Source: Candidatus Woesearchaeota archaeon
GTDB taxonomy: Archaea > Nanobdellota > Nanobdellia > Woesearchaeales > GW2011-AR4
Direction of reading: 5' to 3'
Length of the DNA: 63,573 nt
NCBI GenBank assembly: GCA_016184145.1
Contig: JACPDF010000024.1
Coordinates: 1 to 63,573, forward strand
Below the pieces are notes generated by a model, which was not told the DNA's origin, ran no database searches, and saw nothing but the letters and a program-made list of their open reading frames with translations. Shown here piece by piece: positions 9,180 to 17,586 of this stretch (within the stretch, counting starts at the first letter, position 1; each line of letters begins with the position of its first letter). Position numbers and translations under genes: made by a program.

Positions 9180-9221
9180 GTGAATTGTGAGCGAGCTCGC
9201 GAGCTCACTCGCATCTCACTG
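9180..9221 (+). repeat. Palindromic repeat family B, copy 3
   Basis: GTGAATTGTGAGCGAGCTCGCGAGCTCACTCGCATCTCACTG within a hairpin-rich spacer. Confidence 0.85.
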
Positions 9222-9369
9222 CTCGGAAATTTTCTGTATGTAAAATTGCTTTCAGCCACTAGTTGTAAACTAGTGGAAAATTTCCGACATTTTATCAGAT
9301 TTTTTGCTTATATTTAAATATGATGCATCTTTCAAAAGATTTATAATATTTGTTTTCTTATTAATAGTT

Positions 9370-10581
9370 ATGCATCTGCCAAAGTATAATGCAAAAAACC
9401 ATCCTTTGTTTAATTGCGGCAATGTAAACTGCCCTATATGCGCCAAGGCTTATTCCCAAATCAGGATAAAGAAAAGGATTGTCAAGGAAAATTTTTCTAC
9501 CGATGCTGTTGCCCCGTTTGTTGGAAGGTATGGGTATCCTGCTGTAAATGTCGGAATACTGGCGCCTCCGTCTGAGGAAGAGGAGTCATGGCTTTATGAT
9601 GCCCCGAAATACTGGGCTGCAAACAATTTCCAGATACCCAGAATAGTTGATTTCAGGAGCTCTTTGATAAATTCAAGGGATAAGTTTGATATCAAGAAGA
9701 GGAGCAATTTTTTGGAGCTAAACCAGGAGGTAAGCATGGCTTCAATGCCTGTTGATGTGGACATTAATCTAAAGGGCAAGCCGCGCTTTAGGATAAATTA
9801 TGACAATTTAATGGCTCCTACAGGCCCCTATGCAGAGCTAAAAAAGGCCAGATTAACTGAGAATCCAAAAATCCACACAAAGGTTCAGAAAGTGCATTAT
9901 GACACAGACTTAAAGGCAAATGAGGCATTAGTCTATCTTTATGATAATAATTTTGATGAAAATTTCTTAAGCAGGATTTTAAGTGTAGGCGCATTGGGCG
10001 TTGGGAAAAACAGGAAGTTAGTTCCTACAAGATGGTCGATAACAGCAACTGATGATACACTGGGAAGGCATTTGATTAATGAAGTAAAAAAGCATAATCA
10101 GATTGATTATTCTGCCTTTTTCGGCAGCTATCTTGGAAATCATTACTTAATATTGTGTTTTCCCGATGTATGGAGCTATGAATTGTTTGAGACAACCGTT
10201 TCCAATCCTGAATATTACATGACTGACCATGAGTTTTATGACAGCAGGAAATATTATGCTGAGAACACAGCTGGAGGCTATTATACAGTAAGATTGGCAA
10301 TATTGGAAAAATTAAATGAAATAAAAAAACAAGGAAGTTGCTTGGCTTTGAGGTTCATCACTTCTGATTATACATTGCCTTTAGGAGTCTGGGTTACAAG
10401 GGAAGCGGCAAGGAATGCCATGTCCTCGAAAAGGATAGAATTTTCATCAAAGGAATTGATGCTTGAATATGCAAGGAAGCTAATTAAGAAAAGGTTTAAC
10501 TTGGATGCAGAAGTTTATTTAAGGCAAAGCAAGGTTTTAAGGAGTATTAATAACCAATCGAAACTAATACAATACCTGTAA
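9370..10581 (+). CDS. nreA: Nre-family archaeal DNA repair protein
   Basis: N-terminal CGxxxCPI, FVGRYGYPxVNVG, RKLVPTRWSITATD, PLGVWVTRE, C-terminal PIP box QSKLIQYL. ATG 9370 preferred (TATA about 30 nt upstream). Confidence 0.88.
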   Translation: MHLPKYNAKNHPLFNCGNVNCPICAKAYSQIRIKKRIVKENFSTDAVAPFVGRYGYPAVNVGILAPPSEEEESWLYDAPKYWAANNFQIPRIVDFRSSLINSRDKFDIKKRSNFLELNQEVSMASMPVDVDINLKGKPRFRINYDNLMAPTGPYAELKKARLTENPKIHTKVQKVHYDTDLKANEALVYLYDNNFDENFLSRILSVGALGVGKNRKLVPTRWSITATDDTLGRHLINEVKKHNQIDYSAFFGSYLGNHYLILCFPDVWSYELFETTVSNPEYYMTDHEFYDSRKYYAENTAGGYYTVRLAILEKLNEIKKQGSCLALRFITSDYTLPLGVWVTREAARNAMSSKRIEFSSKELMLEYARKLIKKRFNLDAEVYLRQSKVLRSINNQSKLIQYL

Positions 10582-10615
10582 TAAAAATGCAAAAACAGCC
10601 ATTAGAATCAAAATA

Positions 10616-10623
10616 TTTAAATA
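10616..10623 (+). promoter_or_regulatory. TATA box of the leader peptide/leuA transcript
   Basis: TTTAAATA ending 27 nt before ATG 10651, the usual leaderless spacing in this window. Confidence 0.55.
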
Positions 10624-10650
10624 TGAATCATTAAATCTACATAAATTAAA

Positions 10651-10728
10651 ATGGCTGACAAAAGAATAAATAAAAATTCTGTATTGTCTTTGTTAGCTTT
10701 AAATCTATTGCTTCTGCTGTTGCTGTAA
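10651..10728 (+). CDS. Leucine-rich leader peptide MADKRINKNSVLSLLALNLLLLLLL
   Basis: 25 codons plus TAA; 11 Leu in the last 14 codons, including 7 in a row; directly upstream of a leuA-like gene. Confidence 0.75.
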   Translation: MADKRINKNSVLSLLALNLLLLLLL

Positions 10729-10764
10729 GGCCCACCAAGAGTCGGTATATTCTTAATGGGTCTT
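10727..10764 (+). promoter_or_regulatory. Hairpin overlapping the leader stop codon (putative attenuator element)
   Basis: AAGGCCCA-cc-AAGAG-loop-TTCTT-aa-TGGGTCTT, followed by GAATTTT. Confidence 0.5.
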
Positions 10765-10835
10765 GAATTTTGAGCTTGTCTGAGTTCTAGGATATGCTGG
10801 CGAAAAAAACATTGAAAAGATATTGGAGGATAAAA

Positions 10836-12530
10836 ATGATTGCATCAAAAGAGAGAAGGGAGCCTATTATATTTGACACAACTTTAAGGGAGGGTTTTCA
10901 GACACCGGGAGGAATAGGCGGATCTTTAGAGGAGAGGGTATATGCTGCCGCACTGATACAGAATTATGCTCACTGGGTTGAAATTGGAATGCCTGCTAAC
11001 AATGTTGATTATGACATTATAAGTGCCATAAGGGACAGATTTTTAGCTGAAAAATATCCAGTTGGACTTGCCGTTCTTGCAAGATGTGCGGATTTGGATG
11101 TAGAACGATCAGCAGAAGTTATGGCTAGTTATCCCAACAATTTGATACATTTGTTTGTTGGTACCTCTGATGAGCACAGAGCTGTGCGCTTCGGAGGTCA
11201 GGATAAAGACTATTATGCCCAAAAAATTTCAAAATATGTAGAAATGGCTGCCGCTAATCCTGTTTTCTTAAGGGTTATGTTTTCTCCAGAAGATTCCTAC
11301 AGGACATGGGCACAAGACCATGAAACTCTAATAAGATTTATTGAAGCAGCTAAAAAAGCTTATGATAGGGGAAATACAAAAGTTGGTAGGAAAGAGCCAG
11401 TAATATTTAATTTACCAGACACAGTCGGTGCCAGCACTGTTGAGGAGTTCTGCGGGGTGATAGAACATGTTCAGCAAGTATTTGGCAACGATGTTGAGTG
11501 GAGTGTGCACTGCCATAATGATAATCGCATGTCTCAAGCTCAGGCATTAACCGTATACGAAAGGTTTGGTGTTCCATGGATACAAACAACTTTTGCGCAG
11601 CTAGGAGAAAGGAATGGAATTGCAGCAACTGATTTAACAGTTAAAATCTTATCAGAGCGCGGCTATTTAAATGAACCAAGGATAACATCCTTAGACAATC
11701 TTAGATTGCTTGACCCCACCATGAATGCCATTATGTGGACATTAGGAAGAATGGTGCCAAAAGAGCATCTTGACAGGACAAACATTTCCACTGCCGGAAT
11801 CCACACAGATTTGGTTGTAAAAGACACATCTACATACCACATAAGGGGTGATAGGTATGGCTCACAAATTTATATAGAACTTGGACCAACATCGGGGAGC
11901 AAGCAGGTGATTGACGTATTAGAAAAAAATAGGTTTCCTTACACAAATGTTCCAAAAGAAGACATTGAAAAATTTACAGAACGATTAAAACATGAATCAA
12001 ATGCAGGAAAGTTTCCAATTTCTGAAACCCATATTCTTTATGAAGCACTCAAGGAATTTTTAAGATTTGAAGATGATGGACTGAAGGTTACTAAGTATAG
12101 ATCTATAACTAAATATGATGGTGTTGAATTGGTCGGCATAAGTGGTTCTATTGATGGTACTCCTTTTAGGAAAGTGCATAAAAGCAGAGGTCCAGTTGAA
12201 GCTGTCATGGAACTACTTAATGGTGTCATAAATGAGCATAGGGGCACAGATTCAGAAATAGCACTTGTAGATTACCTACCCTATATAGTTCCTATTATTG
12301 GAAAAGAATATCTAAATTGGGAAGTTGGGCAACGTCCTCAAATACCAAGAGAAGTAGGAAAACATGCACATCAAGGCGTTTACTTGATGTTCAGAAATGG
12401 CTCAGGAGTATACCAAGGATGGGCTAGGCACGAAAACAGTTCAAAAGCGCCAATTGATGCTGTAATTGATGGGATGACTAAAATGTATGCACTCCAGAAA
12501 TGGCAGAATCTTGCAAGACATTCGAAGTAA
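10836..12530 (+). CDS. leuA: 2-isopropylmalate synthase-like DRE-TIM enzyme with C-terminal regulatory domain
   Basis: DTTLREGFQ, NLPDTVG, VHCHND, LGERNG, AGIH; C-terminal GPVEA...LVDY resembles the LeuA allosteric domain. SD GGAGG at 10825-10829 supports ATG 10836. Substrate (IPMS versus citramalate/homocitrate synthase) is uncertain. Confidence 0.75.
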   Translation: MIASKERREPIIFDTTLREGFQTPGGIGGSLEERVYAAALIQNYAHWVEIGMPANNVDYDIISAIRDRFLAEKYPVGLAVLARCADLDVERSAEVMASYPNNLIHLFVGTSDEHRAVRFGGQDKDYYAQKISKYVEMAAANPVFLRVMFSPEDSYRTWAQDHETLIRFIEAAKKAYDRGNTKVGRKEPVIFNLPDTVGASTVEEFCGVIEHVQQVFGNDVEWSVHCHNDNRMSQAQALTVYERFGVPWIQTTFAQLGERNGIAATDLTVKILSERGYLNEPRITSLDNLRLLDPTMNAIMWTLGRMVPKEHLDRTNISTAGIHTDLVVKDTSTYHIRGDRYGSQIYIELGPTSGSKQVIDVLEKNRFPYTNVPKEDIEKFTERLKHESNAGKFPISETHILYEALKEFLRFEDDGLKVTKYRSITKYDGVELVGISGSIDGTPFRKVHKSRGPVEAVMELLNGVINEHRGTDSEIALVDYLPYIVPIIGKEYLNWEVGQRPQIPREVGKHAHQGVYLMFRNGSGVYQGWARHENSSKAPIDAVIDGMTKMYALQKWQNLARHSK

Positions 12531-12535
12531 CTCTT

Positions 12536-15064
12536 TTATTTTATTTTCCCCTTCATCTCTTCCAACTCCTCCAAAAACCTCTTTATTGTTTTTGTGATAT
12601 GTTCGGGCTGGGTCTGAAGCGTTTTTGAGATTTCTGCAAGAACGTCTCCTTTAAAAGTTACTTTTTTTGCTAATTTCAAGTCCTCTTTTGTCAGCTTGAT
12701 GCCTTTTTTGGCTGCTTTTCTTGCTTTTTTCCATACATTAAACAATTCCTGCACGCGGGAAGGAAGCTCATTTACCCCCACATCCAATAATTTTTCCGCT
12801 TCTTCCAATATTTTGTTTTTTTCCTCTAACTCCTTTTCAGCAGCTTTTCCTGCAGTAAACTCTATCCTTACGATGCTGTCGGATATTTTAGTTGATTTGA
12901 GGATTTTTATTTTTCCTGCTTCTGAAGTGTTATTTAGATGGGTGCCGCCGCATGCCTGCGTGTCCAAGCCTTTAATCTGGACAATCCTCAAATTCTTGCC
13001 CGGGACTGCGCCTCCTTGGTATATATTCATGCCGAATTTCTTCTCTGCTTCTGTCCTCGGATAGAATTTTTTTATTATCTCTGTCTTGGAATTTACAATT
13101 TTGTTGGCTTCGCTTTCTATCTTTTTTGTTTCTTCATCTGAAAGAGACTGGTAATGGGTTATGTCCAGAGTGGCTTTTTCCCTTGTTTTCTTTGCCCCTG
13201 CCTGATTAATATGATTTCCAAGCACCTTGCGGGCGGCTGTGCCTACTATATGGGTTGCGGTATGGTGCTGTGCGAGCTGTTTTCTCCTTTCTTTGTCAAT
13301 CTCAACAGCTACAATATCCCCCACTTTAAATGAAGGCTTATTTTTTAACACATGGACAATTATATTTCCCTGCTTGAAAATATCTGTTAATTCCTCATCA
13401 CTTATCTTTCCGGTGTCGTGCAGCTGCCCTCCTGAAGTTGGATAGGCGACGGTTTTGTCCAAAATCACATTGTTTCCAATTATTTTCAGCACTTTCCCTT
13501 TGCTTTCAGTTTTGAAAGGATCGTCGTAGTAGAGCGCCTCTGTTTCCTGTAGCCCTTCTAAATCGAGTTTTTCTTCTCTTTTTGTCTCGTGCTCCTGCCC
13601 TTGCTTTTCATGCATCTCAGAGACAAGGGCATAGAAATTATCCGGAACTTTGATTTTCTTTCCCATTTTTTCAGCTTCTTCCTTGACCAATTCAGGAGCA
13701 ATTCCCTGGCTGTCATACAAGGTTAATAATTTTTTCTCATTTATTTCTTCCTTGATTAATTTTGATATTATTGACTGGGTTTTTTGCTTTGTCTGCCCGT
13801 ATTTTCTCTTCTCAACATTTAAAATTTCATTGACTTCATTCAAATTTTCGCTTAATTCCGGATACAAGGGCTTCAAATACTGGGCATGCAAATTGCACAG
13901 CTCATTAAATTCAATTTTCCAGCTGTATTTGTCCATAAGAGACATCGCCCTCCTGAACAATACCCTTAGGTTATAGCCGCCGCCTACGTTAGAGGGCAAA
14001 GCCCCGTCTGAAAGAGCCACCAATAAAGCCCTCGAATGCTCCGCTATAGAATACAAAGCTGCTGATTCCAATATTTGTTTTTTTAATTCTTCTACATTGT
14101 ACCCTGTTTTTTCCGCTACAAGATTCCATGTCTTGTCTATATCCTCAACTTCGTCTATGTTAAGGTAAGAGGAGTATGGCAGGAATTTCCTCATAAGTTC
14201 AGAATCTATTTTTATTCCGGTTGCTTTTTTTAATTTTTCAACTACTGTTGGAAAGGTTGTTTCGTAGCTTGTTGGGCTTCCTTGGGTAAACCATGCGTTT
14301 CTTTCGTGCCCCATCCCCATATCAAGCACTTTTAAGCTTAATTCTTTGCTCCCAGATGGAGTTACTTCATAAAGCATGTAAACCTGGTTCCCAAGCTCCA
14401 AGCCGCGAGAAAAAAATTCCATGCACGGCCCAAAATTACCGCCGCCAGCCCATGCATCCTCATGGAACTTTATTTCCCCGTTTTTTAATCCCAAGCCTTG
14501 CTTAAGCCAGTTGTGTATATCCCTAAAGTGTCTTGCCTGCGACCATTCAGAAGGCTTCATAAAGGCATGCTGGCCGATCATGTCAAAGCACGAGTAATGG
14601 GCGCCGGTAATTCCGATATTGTCTATATCATTGAACCTTAAGCAGAGTTGAGGCACAACCAAAGGATTTGCCGGAGGCTCCACTTCTCCAGAAACTACAT
14701 AAGGCTGGAAATCGTAAATAGAGGCTTGCACAAAATCAGCATCTTGGCGCCAGCGGGCAGTAACGGGGTAGCGATTTATTGGCGTATATCCCCATTTTTT
14801 GAATAATGATGCGAATTCCTTCCAGACTCCGATATAATCAAGTTTTTTTGTTGCCGGCGTATTTCCAATAAACCTAAATCCGCCACTGCAAGAAGGATCT
14901 CCGCAGGCATCATCATCTACTACACTCCAAAAGAAAGTTCCGCATTTAGAGCATTTTTTCCTCTTGAAGCCCTCTTCTTTCAGGACAGAAGCCGCATAGT
15001 ACTTGTCAGGCTCTTTCGAAGCTTTTAATTTGAACTCTTTTTTAATTTCCTTGTCAGATTTCAT
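12536..15064 (-). CDS. alaS: Alanine--tRNA ligase (archaeal type)
   Basis: ASIYDFQP, WAGGGNFGP, ELGNQVYM, editing motifs HTATH and CGGTH. Confidence 0.96.
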   Translation of the reverse strand: MKSDKEIKKEFKLKASKEPDKYYAASVLKEEGFKRKKCSKCGTFFWSVVDDDACGDPSCSGGFRFIGNTPATKKLDYIGVWKEFASLFKKWGYTPINRYPVTARWRQDADFVQASIYDFQPYVVSGEVEPPANPLVVPQLCLRFNDIDNIGITGAHYSCFDMIGQHAFMKPSEWSQARHFRDIHNWLKQGLGLKNGEIKFHEDAWAGGGNFGPCMEFFSRGLELGNQVYMLYEVTPSGSKELSLKVLDMGMGHERNAWFTQGSPTSYETTFPTVVEKLKKATGIKIDSELMRKFLPYSSYLNIDEVEDIDKTWNLVAEKTGYNVEELKKQILESAALYSIAEHSRALLVALSDGALPSNVGGGYNLRVLFRRAMSLMDKYSWKIEFNELCNLHAQYLKPLYPELSENLNEVNEILNVEKRKYGQTKQKTQSIISKLIKEEINEKKLLTLYDSQGIAPELVKEEAEKMGKKIKVPDNFYALVSEMHEKQGQEHETKREEKLDLEGLQETEALYYDDPFKTESKGKVLKIIGNNVILDKTVAYPTSGGQLHDTGKISDEELTDIFKQGNIIVHVLKNKPSFKVGDIVAVEIDKERRKQLAQHHTATHIVGTAARKVLGNHINQAGAKKTREKATLDITHYQSLSDEETKKIESEANKIVNSKTEIIKKFYPRTEAEKKFGMNIYQGGAVPGKNLRIVQIKGLDTQACGGTHLNNTSEAGKIKILKSTKISDSIVRIEFTAGKAAEKELEEKNKILEEAEKLLDVGVNELPSRVQELFNVWKKARKAAKKGIKLTKEDLKLAKKVTFKGDVLAEISKTLQTQPEHITKTIKRFLEELEEMKGKIK

Positions 15065-15131
15065 ACAGGCAAAGATTAGGGAACAATATAAAAATATTTA
15101 GGTTTTGGGTAAAGAAAAATTTTAGGATGGA

Positions 15132-15413
15132 TTATCTGTAACAGAGGGACAGTCCTTCAACTCTCCTATAATCCACTACAGCTGCTTCGTTTAATATAGT
15201 ATCTGCCCTACTTTCAATTCTCGCTGGCTCAATTTGCTTAAGAAGGGGATGACCAATGTCAGCAGCGCCTATGCCCAAAAAATTGTCCAAATTTTCCGGT
15301 CTGAAGTTCTTTTTGTGCTTTTCTTCAGTAGTTCGGGCTTCTACAGGATTGAGTGCATAATCGATTATTCTTTCTCCATTAATAGGACCAATATAAGGAA
15401 TAGCAATATCCAT
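15132..15413 (-). CDS. Hypothetical protein (orphan)
   Basis: 93-aa ORF with upstream TATA (TTTATAAA); no recognisable motif. Confidence 0.5.
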   Translation of the reverse strand: MDIAIPYIGPINGERIIDYALNPVEARTTEEKHKKNFRPENLDNFLGIGAADIGHPLLKQIEPARIESRADTILNEAAVVDYRRVEGLSLCYR

Positions 15414-15489
15414 TTTAGTTATAGATTAGGAGTTTTCATTAATTTATAAACCTTTCCTCGGTGCCAGCTTCATCCAGAATCAGGCAAGA

Positions 15490-15780
15490 TTACAGCTTAT
15501 AGACAACATCGTGCTCTCTAGCGTGCTCTTTTACCTTTAAGCCTATGCTCTGCCCTTTTTTCGCTTCCTGTATCTTGTCTTTCTCTATCTGCATGCTGTC
15601 AACTGTCTGGGTAAAGTCACTTGTAGCGCCTTTAACCCTTATCTTATCCCCTACCTTTAAAGCGCCGCTTACCTTAACTACAGCCACGCCGATGTTTGTA
15701 TAGTAGTGAGCAACTTTTCCTACTTCTTTACCTGCTTCCTTTTCTGCCGCTTTTTTCTTGGTTTTTTCCCCTTCAGCCAT
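15490..15780 (-). CDS. Small translation-factor-like beta-barrel protein (EF-Tu domain II-like)
   Basis: VGKVAHYY...GVAVV...LKVGDKI.VKG.T.DF.Q.V.SMQI...IGLKV; SD GGTGG before ATG 15780. Confidence 0.75.
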   Translation of the reverse strand: MAEGEKTKKKAAEKEAGKEVGKVAHYYTNIGVAVVKVSGALKVGDKIRVKGATSDFTQTVDSMQIEKDKIQEAKKGQSIGLKVKEHAREHDVVYKL

Positions 15781-15900
15781 AAAAACCACCCAAATAGCCA
15801 TGAATCTGCCTTAGAATATAAAAATTTGTCGGAAATTCCTTGCATTCACTGGTAAAAATTATATAAACTTTTCCCCTGCGATTTTGACTCCAGCTTGTGC

Positions 15901-15990
15901 CGGGTACAGTAAAGTTAAGGGTGTTGCAACCAATATTCGTGAGTTAAGGAATGATAGTTTGTCACTTAATCTTACTTAACCCTTGTGCCG
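15901..15990 (+). ncRNA. Candidate structured RNA (three-way junction)
   Basis: Nearly fully paired three-helix fold with G-U pairs on the plus strand; own TATA at 15859-15866; family not recognised. Confidence 0.4.
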
Positions 15991-16032
15991 AAACATATTT
16001 AAAAGGACATTTAATCCAAATCAGTGCTAAAT

Positions 16033-16131
16033 GCCTCTGTAGCTTAGCAGGTAGAGCGTGCGGCTGTTATCTTACTTTTTAGAATTAAGCGAGAAACCGC
16101 AAGGTCGGCAGTTCGAGTCTGCCCAGAGGCG
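16033..16131 (+). tRNA. tRNA-Asn(GTT) with 26-nt canonical intron (16070-16095)
   Basis: GCCTCTG/CAGAGGC acceptor; TGCGG-CT GTT A[intron]A-CCGCA; GGCAG TTCGAGT CTGCC. Confidence 0.92.
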
Positions 16132-16168
16132 TTTTTTCAGAACAATTCCTTGGAATTGAAATTCACTT

Positions 16169-16254
16169 GGGCCTGTAGTTCAGCCTGGTTAGAATGCTCG
16201 ACTGATAAATTTTTGGAAATCGAGTGGTCCTCAGTTCAAATCTGAGCAGGCCCA
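16169..16254 (+). tRNA. tRNA-Ile(GAT) with 11-nt canonical intron (16208-16218)
   Basis: GGGCCTG/CAGGCCC acceptor; CTCGA-CT GAT A[intron]A-TCGAG; CTCAG TTCAAAT CTGAG. Confidence 0.92.
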
Positions 16255-16317
16255 TCATACTTTCGAACAAAGTGAGAAAGCCCTGAGGGCTGATAAGGGC
16301 AGACTGCCATTATGTGG

Positions 16318-16337
16318 AAATCTGTCCAGGCCCACCA
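16318..16337 (+). repeat. Diverged duplicate of the tRNA-Ile 3' end
   Basis: AAATCTGTCCAGGCCCACCA versus AAATCTGAGCAGGCCCATCA (16238-16257), 17/20 identical. Confidence 0.65.
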
Positions 16338-16459
16338 TTCTTATTGCCAAATTGCCAATTTCGAGAATTTTAAGATATTTTTAAAAACATTTTTTACTAC
16401 CCAAAAAGTTTAAATAGAAGTTGTTATTTTATAATAATTACTAATTAAAAGGTGGTATT

Positions 16460-17503
16460 TTGGTGAGAAAAGAGCTTTTTTTAGCGTTGATGGTTATTTC
16501 TATGTTTCTTATTAGCGCATGCGATGTATATAATACTCTTTATGTCAAGCAGCCTGCTATACAGGGAGAGGCTGTGGAGGTTCCTGAGGTCAATATAACA
16601 TTAGAGATTCCTGAAGAAGGGGCAATACCAGAGGAAGAAGCAAAGGAGATAGACGAGGAGATGGAGGCTGCTGAAGAAATTGAAGCAGGCATGGAAGAAA
16701 AGCCGGAAGCAGCAAATGTAATCATAGTTGCTGAGGGTGAAAAAGTAAGCTTAACTCCAAAAGCAGAAGACCCAGACAATGACAAATTGACATTCACTTT
16801 TACAAGCCCCTTGGACAGCAATGGGCAATGGCAGACAACTTATGGGGATGTGGGGGAGTATACAGTCACTATAACTGCAAGCGATGGAACATTAACAGCG
16901 AGCAAGGAAGTTTTAATCATAGTAAAAAAGAAAGAGGAGGCTCCTGTCTTTGAGAGATTTAAACCAATAGAAGCTGCAGTAGCGGTAGAGGAAACAGAAG
17001 CAGTTGATTTTGAGGTCGTTGCATCAGACCTTAACAAGGACGAGCTGTCATACGAATGGAAGCTTGATGGCGTTATGGTAGGGGATGAGGATTCTTATAC
17101 GTACCAGACAACATACGATGATTCTGGAAGCCATACTGTAAAAGCCAAAGTGACAGATCGAATGTTTGACACGGAGAAGATATGGGCTGTTACTGTGGAG
17201 AATGTGAATAGGAAGCCTGTGCTGGAAACAGTTGATGATATAAATGTAGAAGAAACAGACAGAGTTGTAATTGAGCTGAAGGCAAGCGATTCAGATGGGG
17301 ATGATGTAAGCTACAGCATAGATAACGAAAAGTTTTTGCAGGATGGAAATACATTCACATGGAAAACAACTTATGATGATGCTGGCGAGTATACATTTAC
17401 TGTAAGCGCATCTGACGGGGTGGACACAGCAAGCCAACAGGTAAAAGTCGCTGTTGAAAATGTAAACAGGCCGCCAATGATACTTGACATAGTGCAGAAA
17501 TAG
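16460..17503 (+). CDS. Lipoprotein with cadherin-like/PKD Ig-fold repeats
   Basis: Signal peptide with lipobox ISAC; acidic linker; repeats DxDxDxL...WxTTYxDxGxY...ASDG...VxVxNVNRxP. Confidence 0.8.
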   Translation: MVRKELFLALMVISMFLISACDVYNTLYVKQPAIQGEAVEVPEVNITLEIPEEGAIPEEEAKEIDEEMEAAEEIEAGMEEKPEAANVIIVAEGEKVSLTPKAEDPDNDKLTFTFTSPLDSNGQWQTTYGDVGEYTVTITASDGTLTASKEVLIIVKKKEEAPVFERFKPIEAAVAVEETEAVDFEVVASDLNKDELSYEWKLDGVMVGDEDSYTYQTTYDDSGSHTVKAKVTDRMFDTEKIWAVTVENVNRKPVLETVDDINVEETDRVVIELKASDSDGDDVSYSIDNEKFLQDGNTFTWKTTYDDAGEYTFTVSASDGVDTASQQVKVAVENVNRPPMILDIVQK

Positions 17504-17586
17504 GTTTTCTTTTGCTGCACAGCGAGAAAATTAAAAATTTTCTCCGGGTTTGGTAAAGTTTTCACTCCGTTCAAATTGTATGAAAA

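Noticed and set aside
15901-15995. H/ACA guide RNA interpretation of the structured element
   Set aside because: An ACA follows the stem, but the internal loop is too small for a pseudouridylation pocket and no clear kink-turn is present.
16238-16337. Reading tRNA-Ile as having an 80-nt T-loop intron ending at the second 3' end
   Set aside because: The T stem CTCAG pairs perfectly with the first copy (CTGAG) but has two mismatches with the second (CTGTC).
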